Shown here in pieces: positions 28,533 through 37,779 of a DNA stretch of 64,000 nucleotides (its first letter is position 1; each line of letters begins with the position of its first letter). The stretch spans positions 1-64,000 of the IMG/VR virus record IMGVR_UViG_3300006735_000013, one strand, 5' to 3'. The position numbers were made by a program, and so were the translations under genes. Source of the DNA: a virus. The notes under the pieces were generated by a model, which was not told the DNA's origin, did not search any database, and saw nothing but the letters and a program-made list of their open reading frames with translations.

Positions 28533-28925
28533 GCAAGGCCGTTAGAAAATGCACACTTGCTAGGCTAAGATCACGCAAGTATAATACATATGGATCATAT
28601 CACCGGACCAAGTCATATATCCTTCTCGAATAAGCGGAATAATATCAAGTAGATAGCCGCATGACATAGTGTGCTTTTCCTAACTGTTAGCTTTTTTACA
28701 TTGACAATACGTTGTGTATGTACTAAGTCTAACCCCACTCAATAGCATTTTCTCCCACCGTATAACACTTTTTTGCATTATGGGTGTTAGGTAAGAGAGC
28801 ATTTTTTTAGGGGCTACGACTTTTTTGCTAACCTTTCTTCTTTGTTTTATACCAACTGCTACTTACGGTCTTCTTCTTCCTAGCCATTGGGTGCACCAAG
28901 AACAACCTTAAGGTAATGACCCTTT

Positions 28926-29111
28926 CTAATAGTCACTGTGTGATACTCCTTCACCGATTAGTTTTACCTCTCCCTGTAAGTCAGTAGTGTGCACCCAGTG
29001 CTGTCTACCGTTCTCCCATTGAACAAGTGTTTCATTGCCACCACGACGTTGCTGAATAGCTACACCATTCTTATTGTTGTGAACTGTCTCTACTTTACTC
29101 TGAACAAACAT
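28926..29111 (-). CDS. small SH3-like hypothetical protein
   Basis: GVAI...TLVQWENGRQHWVHTTDL; SD GGAGG. Confidence 0.6.
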   Translation of the reverse strand: MFVQSKVETVHNNKNGVAIQQRRGGNETLVQWENGRQHWVHTTDLQGEVKLIGEGVSHSDY

Positions 29112-29234
29112 ATTTACTTTCTATCCTCCGAGTACTTTCTGTTTAGCTTGGCCTTGGTCAAGCGGCTTGTGGCTCTGTTAGCCAAATAACTTATCTCTCT
29201 TGTTCTCCGCAACGGTTGGATGCTAAACAAGTGT

Positions 29235-29480
29235 CTATGCCTCCTCGGATGCTAGGATCTCATTGACCGCCGTCAGCAGGTCGCGCAAGGCTGGCTTGTC
29301 CAACTTGATGGCGGCTGTCTTCTTAGACCCGTTGATAAGGCGAATGGACACACCTTCCGATTGGCCATTGACAAGCGTCTGATCGATCATCACGCCGCCA
29401 GAACGAACCTTCTTATCGTTCGATGGTGCATTCATAATGGTGAAACCAAGGTTTTGGATATTGCTTACTACGCGCTTCAT
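29235..29480 (-). CDS. 81-aa protein, paralog of 27530..27766
   Basis: GVMIDQTLVNG...IRLINGSKKTAAIKLD; lies behind a perfect promoter. Confidence 0.8.
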   Translation of the reverse strand: MKRVVSNIQNLGFTIMNAPSNDKKVRSGGVMIDQTLVNGQSEGVSIRLINGSKKTAAIKLDKPALRDLLTAVNEILASEEA

Positions 29481-29546
29481 GTTTGAACCCTTTCAAGGTT
29501 ACTCGTTTATTGGAATAAAGGGCCTTCCCTCATTCTCAATATATAT

Positions 29547-29575
29547 ATTATACCCTAAATCTTGGGGTATGTCAA
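29547..29575 (-). promoter_or_regulatory. perfect-consensus sigma70 early promoter (type example of 18; see findings)
   Basis: TTGACA-17-TATAAT. Confidence 0.9.
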
Positions 29576-30001
29576 GAAAAAAGTGACCTAAATCACAAAA
29601 TAAATTCAACCAAACAGGCCGACAACTCTGGTGCCAATGTCCATGATTCCAGTGATACCAATAGCATCACCCAACACGAAACCTACTGCAACTAACACAA
29701 ACTCTCTCATTATAGTCCTTTACTGAAAAAAAATACCGGCGATTAGCATCGTCAAAGCTCCGCGATTGCCCAAAGTGCAATCCAAATACTGATGATTACT
29801 AGAACCAATCTATCGCTCTCGACTTAGGTCGAATGAAGAACTCGAATGGGCCCATGTGCAAGATGCTGTAGGGCGTTGTCGTGTCACTCGACAAAACCAG
29901 ACTATACTTCCTATAGGAACAACCCCATTCCCGAGATTGACCCAAAAACACGAGGTATGGAAATGTCATCATTAGTTTACCCTTCAATGTTCTCCACAAC
30001 T

Positions 30002-30310
30002 TCATCGCTTCAATCCAAACTTCTTGAGTAAGTCATTGGCTTGGTCGAAAGTCATACCAACATCTTCGAAGGCCTTTACCTGCTTAGGTGCTGGGCGTTG
30101 TGCGGCTTGTCTACGCAACTTGCGTGGGGATTTGCCCGCTACAATGTCCGCTTGTGTAGTAACAAGCGTATTGGTTGGCATCATATCCACGTTCAGCTTT
30201 GCTAAAATAGCCTTATGTGCTTCATTCTTATTGTCAGCCATGACAAAACCAGACCATGCAGTCGGCATTCCTAATTCAACATCGCGCTCTAACTTGAACA
30301 ACCACTTCAT
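30002..30310 (-). CDS. hypothetical early protein
   Basis: Promoter at 30357..30385; SD AAAGGA. Confidence 0.7.
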   Translation of the reverse strand: MKWLFKLERDVELGMPTAWSGFVMADNKNEAHKAILAKLNVDMMPTNTLVTTQADIVAGKSPRKLRRQAAQRPAPKQVKAFEDVGMTFDQANDLLKKFGLKR

Positions 30311-30397
30311 AATGAGATCCTTTCGTTTTGGTTAATCCCTCATTGTTTGTATATACATTCTATCAAGGTTTTAACCAAAAGTCAAGAACTTTCTTCA

Positions 30398-31009
30398 CTA
30401 AGAGTACATTTTTTTTTCATCATATTTCTCGAAGAAAGTGTCGTTCTTGTATACAATGGAATACAAGTTTTTAAGATCTAATGGAATTTCTACTTTGTTG
30501 AGATTGGTCGTTCCACCCCGGAGTTGCTGCCTGACAAAACCCTCCGTTAATTGGCTGATTACCTCATTTGTCTTCGGCTTTATGATAAGTATACACTGTT
30601 CTTTGTAAAACAAGCCAAAATAGTGATCTATGCCACTATATGAATCTATAGCTTCTTGTGTATAGGCCCCGTTGTATATTCCTCGGACCTTGAATGTCGC
30701 AGTCCTAGCTCTGCCACTCTTGGTTGGTCTCTGAAATAGCACGTCAAGGTCTTTATCATCAAGGGCCCTGGTCTTGTACTCAGCATATATGTTTGCTTTG
30801 AGATCATGGGCGTCTGAACCATACTTTTCACTATCTTTGCCAGCAGAAATCTTTTTATGCGCGATGTGACCGAGTTTTTCGGCAATGACTGGTTCGCGCC
30901 ACTTAGTCTTATCTGTCACTTTCGGATAGCCATCTGTCTCGCCCTTCAAATATAGTGCGCCGGCTAGCTCCTCATAAGTATATTTTTCGGCTAGGGTTTC
31001 TAGGTTCAT
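30398..31009 (-). CDS. hypothetical protein, possible PD-(D/E)XK nuclease
   Basis: WRE...GSDA...AEYKT spacing; own promoter at 31043..31071. Confidence 0.45.
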   Translation of the reverse strand: MNLETLAEKYTYEELAGALYLKGETDGYPKVTDKTKWREPVIAEKLGHIAHKKISAGKDSEKYGSDAHDLKANIYAEYKTRALDDKDLDVLFQRPTKSGRARTATFKVRGIYNGAYTQEAIDSYSGIDHYFGLFYKEQCILIIKPKTNEVISQLTEGFVRQQLRGGTTNLNKVEIPLDLKNLYSIVYKNDTFFEKYDEKKMYS

Positions 31010-31097
31010 AGTTTGTCCTCCATCTCCACTATCTATACAAGTATTATGTCAAATTTTGAGGCATTTGTCAAGAACTTTCTTAGGGGTCAGTGCATTT

Positions 31098-31352
31098 TTA
31101 TTTCAACGGTCTCAAATGTGATTCGTGCCAATGGTGGACTAATCCATCGGATGTCAATATTTTCCACACTTCACCAGGTGTGATATTCGCCAACGAGCAT
31201 GTGCGGCCGCTGGTGCTGACGAATGAATCCGTTCTTTTAGATGCTCTCAATATCAAACCGAATAGGCCGTTGGGATGGTGAGGTTTTCTACCTCCCAAAT
31301 TACTGAATGATATGCGGCACCACTCATGCTTCGCTGGCCTCCATGGTTCCAT
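31098..31352 (-). CDS. small SH3-like hypothetical protein
   Basis: TAATG coupling; FGLIL...WKILTSDGLVHHWHESHLRPL. Confidence 0.55.
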   Translation of the reverse strand: MEPWRPAKHEWCRISFSNLGGRKPHHPNGLFGLILRASKRTDSFVSTSGRTCSLANITPGEVWKILTSDGLVHHWHESHLRPLK

Positions 31353-31564
31353 TACATTGGGTCCGCACTGTAAACCAAGTCCAAGTCGATGTTCTCGCCG
31401 TCCCAATCGTCAAGTGCCGCTTCGCGAAGTAACTCTGTTGATTCATCATCATAGCAGGCGGTTCCTCGCATCTCCAGAAATTCGACAAGCTGGTGCCGGC
31501 GTGCGTTTTCCAAATATGTTCTTGTGACATCAACGTAGTCGCCTGTAAGTGTTTCTAGCATCAT
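31352..31564 (-). CDS. hypothetical acidic protein
   Basis: SD GAGGA; ORF track. Confidence 0.6.
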   Translation of the reverse strand: MMLETLTGDYVDVTRTYLENARRHQLVEFLEMRGTACYDDESTELLREAALDDWDGENIDLDLVYSADPM

Positions 31565-31825
31565 TTTTTTATCCTCGTCCTGTTCCTGGTTTATGGTTGG
31601 GGATTGTTAGGTCATGAAATTCGCCTGATAGTCTCTCTGCTTTTGCCAAACTTACAAATGGCCGCAAGCACCAGAACACTACCTCACTCAAAGGGTGCCC
31701 AACAAGATTGTGGACTACCCAATTTCTATACAAGATGCTCATATCTTGCCTTTCTCAATTGTTGTATATACATTATATCCTATCTTGACCGTCAGGTCAA
31801 GAAAAAAATACCGCGAGATGGTCGA

Positions 31826-32071
31826 TTATTTCTCCAACAATCGTATCATATGAGGTGCTGGCGAGTTATCATTTAGTAGTCTTGTCTCATAGTCTGTTGA
31901 GAGATAGATACCTGTGGTTGAGTTTGAATTCTGGAATCTGACTTTCAACAAATTGAGCGCCGGTGCGGGTCCGGCGTCGAAATTGCGCTGTGCAATAACA
32001 ACTCCAACAAGGTGTTTGCGGTCCAGACCGGAGATCTCACCAATGACTGTTTGTCCGACCTGAAATTTCAT
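31826..32071 (-). CDS. small SH3-like protein (MKFQVGQTV)
   Basis: VGxxV...GVVI...LKVRF pattern. Confidence 0.65.
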   Translation of the reverse strand: MKFQVGQTVIGEISGLDRKHLVGVVIAQRNFDAGPAPALNLLKVRFQNSNSTTGIYLSTDYETRLLNDNSPAPHMIRLLEK

Positions 32072-32403
32072 AACTCAATGCTCCTGTTTACATACATGTC
32101 AAACTCGTATGGGGTACCTTTGGTTTCAACGTCATCAACCTCTTCGCCCAGGCGAATTAGACCATACTCCTCATACAGCTCGCTATTATCAAGAACTATC
32201 ATTAGGTTCTCCATAATTTGGACGTCAGGATGGCTTTCGTACCATTTGACGTCAGCCCAAAACCAGCGGCCCGTATCGTCGCCTGAGTGGTCGTGCGCAT
32301 AACTAATCAATTCTTTGAATTCTGAATTCCACTCACACACTTGTTCAATAATTTGTTTTACCATTGGTGAGCAGGCAAAGCCCACATCGCTACGATAACC
32401 CAC
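32068..32403 (-). CDS. hypothetical phage protein (MGYRSDV...KWY...IRLGEE)
   Basis: ORF track; SD AGGAG. Confidence 0.7.
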   Translation of the reverse strand: MGYRSDVGFACSPMVKQIIEQVCEWNSEFKELISYAHDHSGDDTGRWFWADVKWYESHPDVQIMENLMIVLDNSELYEEYGLIRLGEEVDDVETKGTPYEFDMYVNRSIEL

Positions 32404-32642
32404 TACTTACAACTCCTACACACATGACCACCAAACTCTGGCTTCTTTACATTGGGGAAATAGTCGTGACAATAGATACAGTCAACACCATAAATAGCTT
32501 GTCCTGCATAGTGTCCACTGTCACGATCGAAGCGAAGCCGGTTGGACCTCGCGATAAATCTCATTCTTGCTTTACCAGCCATAGAAAATAACCTTTCTTG
32601 ATTGTTTCTACTCTTATAGTATAGCAGCTAAACTACTGAAAG

Positions 32643-32840
32643 TCAAGGACTTTTTATGATTTTTAGGTCATAATCCCAAACATTATTTCCAACGGTACCG
32701 TTGCGCCACAAGACCTTGAATACCTTATTAGTGCAACCCAAGCCCCTGTTGTGTCCGACATTCTCAACAAGCACACCAATTCTTTCAGCACACTTGCGGC
32801 GGCTTGGATGATTGTCTCTTACCAAATCACCGACTTTCAC
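32643..32840 (-). CDS. MKVGDLV-family SH3/KOW-like cassette gene
   Basis: GTG start lies within the junction repeat. Confidence 0.8.
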   Translation of the reverse strand: MKVGDLVRDNHPSRRKCAERIGVLVENVGHNRGLGCTNKVFKVLWRNGTVGNNVWDYDLKIIKSP

Positions 32841-33064
32841 TGATAACCTCCACTGTCATTTCACCCTGTTCTGGATCGAAAGAATCTTTGTGGTAGGACT
32901 CGTGCGCCCCGTCGTTGTATAGTATACTCCAGTGTCCGTAGGCTAGTGGTCCATATTCTGTGCCGCCTGCTAGGGGGTCAAAGGGAAGCAGGACTCCGTA
33001 GTGGTCTCCTTCAAAACCATAGAAACTAACCTTCACCAAATCACCGACTTTCACTGATAACCTC
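32821..33064 (-). repeat. two identical 30-bp junction repeats (GAGGTTATCAGTGAAAGTCGGTGATTTGGT)
   Basis: Copies at 32821..32850 and 33035..33064. Confidence 0.95.
32827..33054 (-). CDS. MKVGDLV-family cassette gene
   Basis: Start moved to the GTG in the repeat; ends EVISESR*. Confidence 0.8.
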   Translation of the reverse strand: MKVGDLVKVSFYGFEGDHYGVLLPFDPLAGGTEYGPLAYGHWSILYNDGAHESYHKDSFDPEQGEMTVEVISESR

Positions 33065-33241
33065 ACAATAACTTGTTACGAACCAATCAGTTTTGCCGTG
33101 CTGGTCCAAAACCTTAAGTGTCCCTCCAGCTTCATTCACATATATTATTGTCCCGTATACTGGAGAATCTTCATCATGGCGGAACTGGGATCCATCGGGA
33201 TTTTTCGTGTAGCCATACTTTACCAAGTCACCCTTCTTCAT
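33041..33241 (-). CDS. MKKGDLV-family cassette gene
   Basis: Ends EVISESR*. Confidence 0.8.
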   Translation of the reverse strand: MKKGDLVKYGYTKNPDGSQFRHDEDSPVYGTIIYVNEAGGTLKVLDQHGKTDWFVTSYCEVISESR

Positions 33242-33425
33242 TTCTACACTCCTCCCAGCACCATTCTGTGCGATAATAATTGCATGTTTCTCCGCACTCG
33301 TTTTTTTGGCAGTCGCTCTCTAGTTGGTCTTCACACACCATCGCCTTTTGACAATTAGGGCTGTCCTCTATTGGGCAGCCAGTCAGCAAGAGTAAACTAA
33401 AAACTACAACAAAAATCAATCTCAT
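33228..33425 (-). CDS. Cys-rich putative lipoprotein
   Basis: MRLIFVVVFSLLLLTGC lipobox; 7 further Cys. Confidence 0.7.
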   Translation of the reverse strand: MRLIFVVVFSLLLLTGCPIEDSPNCQKAMVCEDQLESDCQKNECGETCNYYRTEWCWEECRNEEG

Positions 33426-33426
33426 A

Positions 33427-33666
33427 TTATCTTCTCTTTCTGTAGGCAAACTTCAAATCTCTTCTTTCAAAGAGAGTGCTAAAGTATATCCAGTGGTCGG
33501 TTGGGTGCCCCTTGGTGTTTGCGCGGCTTTTCATCCACGCGACCTTATATTTATGAGGTAGACTTCCAAAGCTTTTGACAATTCCAATATCGCCGGCCTC
33601 AACCCACTTGCACCTTTTCAGTTTTTTTCCTGATGCAGAAAGCATAACCAGATCACCAACCTTCAT
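33427..33666 (-). CDS. MKVGDLV-family protein
   Basis: ATGA-coupled start; IGIV...YKVAW. Confidence 0.75.
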   Translation of the reverse strand: MKVGDLVMLSASGKKLKRCKWVEAGDIGIVKSFGSLPHKYKVAWMKSRANTKGHPTDHWIYFSTLFERRDLKFAYRKRR

Positions 33667-33863
33667 CGGCCTACGCTCCTCGCTGTCTGCACCGTGCCAA
33701 TATACTGGTATGCACCCTTGTTGTAAGCAGGCGCAGAGCATCTTGCTTTGCGTGCAACCTCAATGTCTGCAATCTTGCCTCCGCAATCTAAGCAGGTTCG
33801 ATAGCCAAGCTCTGCTCTCTTTGGGCTGTAATCTTCGCTGCATTCAATACAGGTGGGACTCAT
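33663..33863 (-). CDS. C4 zinc-finger protein
   Basis: CIEC...RAELGYRTCLDC. Confidence 0.7.
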   Translation of the reverse strand: MSPTCIECSEDYSPKRAELGYRTCLDCGGKIADIEVARKARCSAPAYNKGAYQYIGTVQTARSVGR

Positions 33864-34045
33864 TAGTGTATCTCCGCATTTGCCGTTGGTGTTAGTAGTA
33901 GTTTAACATCATTTAGAACTTCTGTCAAGACTTCTGCCTTATCATGGTTGTCACAGTTTACAGCGAACTTGTGATTGAGAAGTACAATGATTGCGTTTAT
34001 GTTTAGCACTTCTGCGATAGTTTCATCAATATTGACTTGCTTCAT
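33863..34045 (-). CDS. hypothetical protein
   Basis: Translationally coupled on both sides. Confidence 0.55.
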   Translation of the reverse strand: MKQVNIDETIAEVLNINAIIVLLNHKFAVNCDNHDKAEVLTEVLNDVKLLLTPTANAEIH

Positions 34046-34248
34046 AGTGTATTATCCACTCTGTATGTGTCGAAAAGACTGTATGCCTCGAACTCTTCAT
34101 CCTCGATGACAAACATGGCGCGCCGAATAAGATGTGCTGCTAATTCAGACAGGCCCTTCTTCGTTCTCATGTATTCGTAGTATTCATCTGTTGTGAGGTC
34201 GCTCTCAAGAGAGAAGCCGATTGAGAAGGCGTGATTATATTTGGGCAT
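34042..34248 (-). CDS. hypothetical early protein
   Basis: Promoter at 34278..34306; SD GAGGA. Confidence 0.65.
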   Translation of the reverse strand: MPKYNHAFSIGFSLESDLTTDEYYEYMRTKKGLSELAAHLIRRAMFVIEDEEFEAYSLFDTYRVDNTL

Positions 34249-34315
34249 CTAGATGTTCCTCGATTGTCTATATTATAATAATATCAAACATTTAGAGGAT
34301 TGTCAAGAAAAAACT

Positions 34316-34345
34316 GGCACGTCTGAAGCTTTTTTCAGACGTGCC
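34316..34345 (-). terminator. intrinsic terminator after hsp20
   Basis: 12-bp stem GGCACGTCTGAA/TTCAGACGTGCC followed by a U-tract on the minus strand. Confidence 0.75.
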
Positions 34346-34351
34346 TTTGGC

Positions 34352-34777
34352 CTAGTCAATACTGATTGAGAGTGGCTGGACTTCTGGGCGTTGGGGGACG
34401 CGTACGGCAAGAAGGCCGTCTTCAAACGAGGCCTTGGCATTTGATAGGTCGAGGTTGTCATCATAATTCACATAGGTCTTGCTGAAGTTTCTTCTGGCGA
34501 TACGAGATCGTTTTGTGTTTTCCTCATTGGCAGTACCCGTGATTGTGATCGTTCTCTTGGCTGTTTGAACATCTATATTCAGCTCGCCTCGCTTGAAACC
34601 CGCAAGGGCAAATTCAAGCACCGTGGAACCATCGTCGTCTCGATAGATGTCGGCGACGGGATAGCCCTGTGTCGATGCTTTTAAGTGATTCGGAAAATCA
34701 CTGAAAAAGTTATCGAAAACTTCGTTTATTACTTTGTGACCCAATAGTCCGGGTCGATGGATTGCAATTGCGTTCAT
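34352..34777 (-). CDS. Hsp20/alpha-crystallin small heat-shock protein
   Basis: GYPVADI, LEFALAGF, IARRNFSK, ASFEDGLL. Confidence 0.9.
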   Translation of the reverse strand: MNAIAIHRPGLLGHKVINEVFDNFFSDFPNHLKASTQGYPVADIYRDDDGSTVLEFALAGFKRGELNIDVQTAKRTITITGTANEENTKRSRIARRNFSKTYVNYDDNLDLSNAKASFEDGLLAVRVPQRPEVQPLSISID

Positions 34778-34840
34778 TGTTATTTCCTCCTATTATAGCA
34801 AGTTGCGTTTAGTGGTAAGTCCCGAAGCGACTTACCACAT
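34778..34840 (-). promoter_or_regulatory. ROSE-like structured 5' UTR of hsp20
   Basis: 10-bp hairpin with a cUUCGg loop (34812..34838), then CUUGCU-AUAAU-AGGAGG pairing over the SD. Confidence 0.6.
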
Positions 34841-34877
34841 AGATATAATAAACACGCCTTGATACGTGTCAAGTATA

Positions 34878-35129
34878 TTAATCAATAATGTCTGCAAAAA
34901 CACGAGATCTCCCCACATGCACACTTGTGGTCTGTGAGCTGTAACCCCACTTGCCTCTGGCTGTATGGTCGCGGAGAACTTTCATACCCGTTTTTTGACA
35001 AGTGTCACCAATCATTAGCTTGTAAGAGTACAGCTTCTGTCCATCTGTCCAGAATGTGCCCGCGTGGTTGCTGACCGGATTTCCGGCACTCCAAAAATCA
35101 GGTACTAGACTGTTCACTACTTTTTCCAT
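34878..35129 (-). CDS. hypothetical protein
   Basis: Start moved to MEKVV (SD AAAGGA). Confidence 0.6.
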   Translation of the reverse strand: MEKVVNSLVPDFWSAGNPVSNHAGTFWTDGQKLYSYKLMIGDTCQKTGMKVLRDHTARGKWGYSSQTTSVHVGRSRVFADIID

Positions 35130-35542
35130 TACTTTGTTCCTTTCACGAACAAGGGTGCAGCATAGACAGCTGCGATAAGTGCCGCTCCTGCGGCAATACA
35201 AACAATGTCAAGAACTCTTTTTCTTAGCATCTTTTAGTCTCTTGATTTCTTCTAACACCTTTATTCTATCATCACTTGGTAAAGATGTCAAGATTTTTGT
35301 TGTCTCCGGTTTCGGAAATTCCACAAGGTGACGAGCGATGCGGCGGATGTGCGCCATTGATTTAATTTCCATGTTATACTCCCATGTCTCTAATCGAGAC
35401 TATTCTATATTCAAAGCCAAGTTTACTCTTTTCGAGGTAGGCGGATTGGGCGGCCTCCTCGAATGTTAGCTTGTCAACAGTCAAAGTAAATGTTTTTGCA
35501 AGTGACTCAGCTCGGAAAACAATTTTATATGTGCTCATGTTC

Positions 35543-35806
35543 TCAACCATTGTTGTAGTGGCCGGGGTAGGTCGGACTAGATGTTGGGGTACAGTCTGCA
35601 ACATCCACCTTTGAAGGGAACCTCTTGGTGTTATCCATCAGTCTAAGATTAGCATATACCTTTTTATTTTTCACATCCAGGTCCAGGCCGACGACTCGGG
35701 CTTGGTATGAAACTTCATGCAGCCTCACTCTCACTCTGTCGCCGGCTCGGATGTTATTTGGGTTCCATTGCTCAAAAAGCTTTTCAATATCTCTGTTGGA
35801 AGTCAT
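35543..35806 (-). CDS. SH3-like hypothetical protein
   Basis: Start moved downstream of the tRNAs; IRAGDRVRV...ARVV; promoter at 35838..35866. Confidence 0.6.
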   Translation of the reverse strand: MTSNRDIEKLFEQWNPNNIRAGDRVRVRLHEVSYQARVVGLDLDVKNKKVYANLRLMDNTKRFPSKVDVADCTPTSSPTYPGHYNNG

Positions 35807-35876
35807 TATCTCTCTCTTTCTTGATTGTGATATATATATCTTATCACAAGCATAGACAAATGTCAAATAAAAAATA

Positions 35877-35950
35877 TCGGGGTGGGAGGATTTGAACCCC
35901 CGACCCTTTGGTCCCAAACCAAATGCGCTACCAGGCTGCGCTACACCCCG
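35877..35950 (-). tRNA. tRNA-Pro(TGG)
   Basis: Cloverleaf CGGGGTG...; anticodon arm TTTGG-TTTGGGA-CCAAA; no CCA. Confidence 0.95.
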
Positions 35951-35956
35951 AAATTG

Positions 35957-36029
35957 AGCGAGAAATGGGACTCGAACCCACAACCTCGACGTTGGCAACG
36001 TCGCGCTCTACCAGTTGAGCTATTCTCGC
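35957..36029 (-). tRNA. tRNA-Gly(GCC)
   Basis: GCGAGAA...; anticodon arm CGACG-TTGCCAA-CGTCG. Confidence 0.95.
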
Positions 36030-36033
36030 ATAG

Positions 36034-36105
36034 TGGGTCGCCCGAGACTCGAACTCGGAACCAGCGGATTAAAAGTCCGATGCGCTACCATTGCGCCAGC
36101 GACCC
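36034..36105 (-). tRNA. tRNA-Lys(TTT)
   Basis: GGGTCGC...; anticodon loop CTTTTAA. Confidence 0.95.
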
Positions 36106-36255
36106 AGGTGCCCTATGGTGCTGAAATCCTTGAGAATTTTATTCTTTCGCCATATTCTTGCTCTAAGTTTTTCTTCTTTTTGGCGCAGATCTTCTTCAGT
36201 GCATAGATATGCTGTTGCGGGCCTTTGTCAATCCTGTAGGATAATTTGTATATTG

Positions 36256-36456
36256 TCACGCTTTACTCACTATTTCTAAACTATCTGAGGTGGTCCAAAA
36301 TGTGCCATAATCACCCGGCCATTGGACTCTAACAGATGGGGTCTCGAACGTTCCGTCTACTCGTTGCCAAGTGTTTGCGTACACCACGACACCAACCAGA
36401 CCTTCGGTTACAATACCTGGTTTATACTTCTTCTTCACCAAATCACCTATTTTCAT
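36256..36456 (-). CDS. MKIGDLV-family protein
   Basis: VGVVV...VRVQW...LEIVS; 14-nt overlap with the upstream gene. Confidence 0.8.
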   Translation of the reverse strand: MKIGDLVKKKYKPGIVTEGLVGVVVYANTWQRVDGTFETPSVRVQWPGDYGTFWTTSDSLEIVSKA

Positions 36457-36868
36457 GCTCGGCTATCCTTTTTCTCAATTCTGAGGAAGACCATTTATGA
36501 TTCCTACTATTAAAGTATAACTCAATTTCTAGATCATGTCCAGTAAATTCTTTTCCCTCATGGTCTGCGCCGAGAATTCTGATGTCAGGCTTGAGGTCGG
36601 ATAGTAGCTTGTAAAGCTCCTCCTCAGTCTCATAAACCATGACTTCATCAACGTACTTCACTGCACTAATTTGAATCATTCGCTCGCGGATGGACTGGAT
36701 GGGCCTATTCTTATAGTCTCTGTCCATTGAGGGGTCAGTCTGTAATCCAACAATTAAGTAATCACACACAGACTTAGCCTCCTTAAGCATTAGTATATGG
36801 CCTGCGTGAAGCAGATCAAATGAACCACAAGTAAAGCCGCGGCTCATGGCAATGCGCGCTTCTGTCAT
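36443..36868 (-). CDS. cytidylyltransferase (TagD/glycerol-3-phosphate CT-like)
   Basis: GSFDLLHAGH, LIVGL, ERM, SSSELR. Confidence 0.85.
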   Translation of the reverse strand: MTEARIAMSRGFTCGSFDLLHAGHILMLKEAKSVCDYLIVGLQTDPSMDRDYKNRPIQSIRERMIQISAVKYVDEVMVYETEEELYKLLSDLKPDIRILGADHEGKEFTGHDLEIELYFNSRNHKWSSSELRKRIAEHENR

Positions 36869-37544
36869 TTTGTCACCGGTATTTGTTGAGACCGTATTGT
36901 GTTGGTCTAATATCTTTGTCGTTGAAGCGATAGATGCACTGCTCGTTGTGCAGCTCTTTTATCGCATTTCTAAAAACTGGGTCGGTCAACATGAACCCCA
37001 ATTCATCACAATAACTGCTAACGTGCCCAAACAAAGTGTCACCATCTGTAGGTCTTCCTGGTTCATAAGGCACGGATTCCATGATTAATCTCTTTACTCT
37101 TAGAATCATAAATTCTTCTTTCTCCAGCAATCATATGCAACCGATCCTACAAAAATGGCTATTGATAATGACGCTACATTTACAATAAAATCTATCACTG
37201 CTGTCTCCTATCTCTACCGTAGAGTTCATCTATCTTTCTTTTCTGTTTTGCCTCTCTGATTGATTCTCTCAGAGCGTCTTCAATTCTTATCTGTATGACG
37301 GCTGCTCGGATCCGGTTTCTCATATAGAGACTTGCCGATACAATCAACACGATATACAAAATTGCCTCAAAGCTAATCATCGTCCAGCTCCTTACACGCC
37401 CTTTTCCACGCCTTGTATCCTAGTCTATATTTTTCGGTAATGAGGAACCCATTGATCGTCGATACAACGATTGGAGATATAAAACAATACAATAAAAATA
37501 ATGTAAACCAATCCATACTTTTCTCTCTAAGTTATAATACTATA

Positions 37545-37769
37545 TTACGCTAATTTGATCTCAATGTCAAGGTTTTTTATGTTTTTTTTTGAAGAGATGG
37601 TGCGCCAGCGTTTCTGTGGCCACCATCGTGAATTGCCACTATTATCCAAAATGAGGACATCCCCAAGATTTTCATTGATCTCCAGCACTAGACCCCAAGC
37701 CATTAGTGACTGCCATTCGCTTGTATTTGATATATAACAGGCTACCAAATCGCCTCTTTTGATTTCCAT
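37545..37769 (-). CDS. SH3-like protein (IKRGDLV)
   Basis: GDLV...GLVL pattern. Confidence 0.65.
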   Translation of the reverse strand: MEIKRGDLVACYISNTSEWQSLMAWGLVLEINENLGDVLILDNSGNSRWWPQKRWRTISSKKNIKNLDIEIKLA

Positions 37770-37779
37770 AGTGTAATAA

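Noticed and set aside
35807-35998. N-terminal extension of ORF 35543..35998 and plus-strand ORFs at 35882-36279
   Set aside because: They overlap three tRNA genes and a promoter, so they are spurious.
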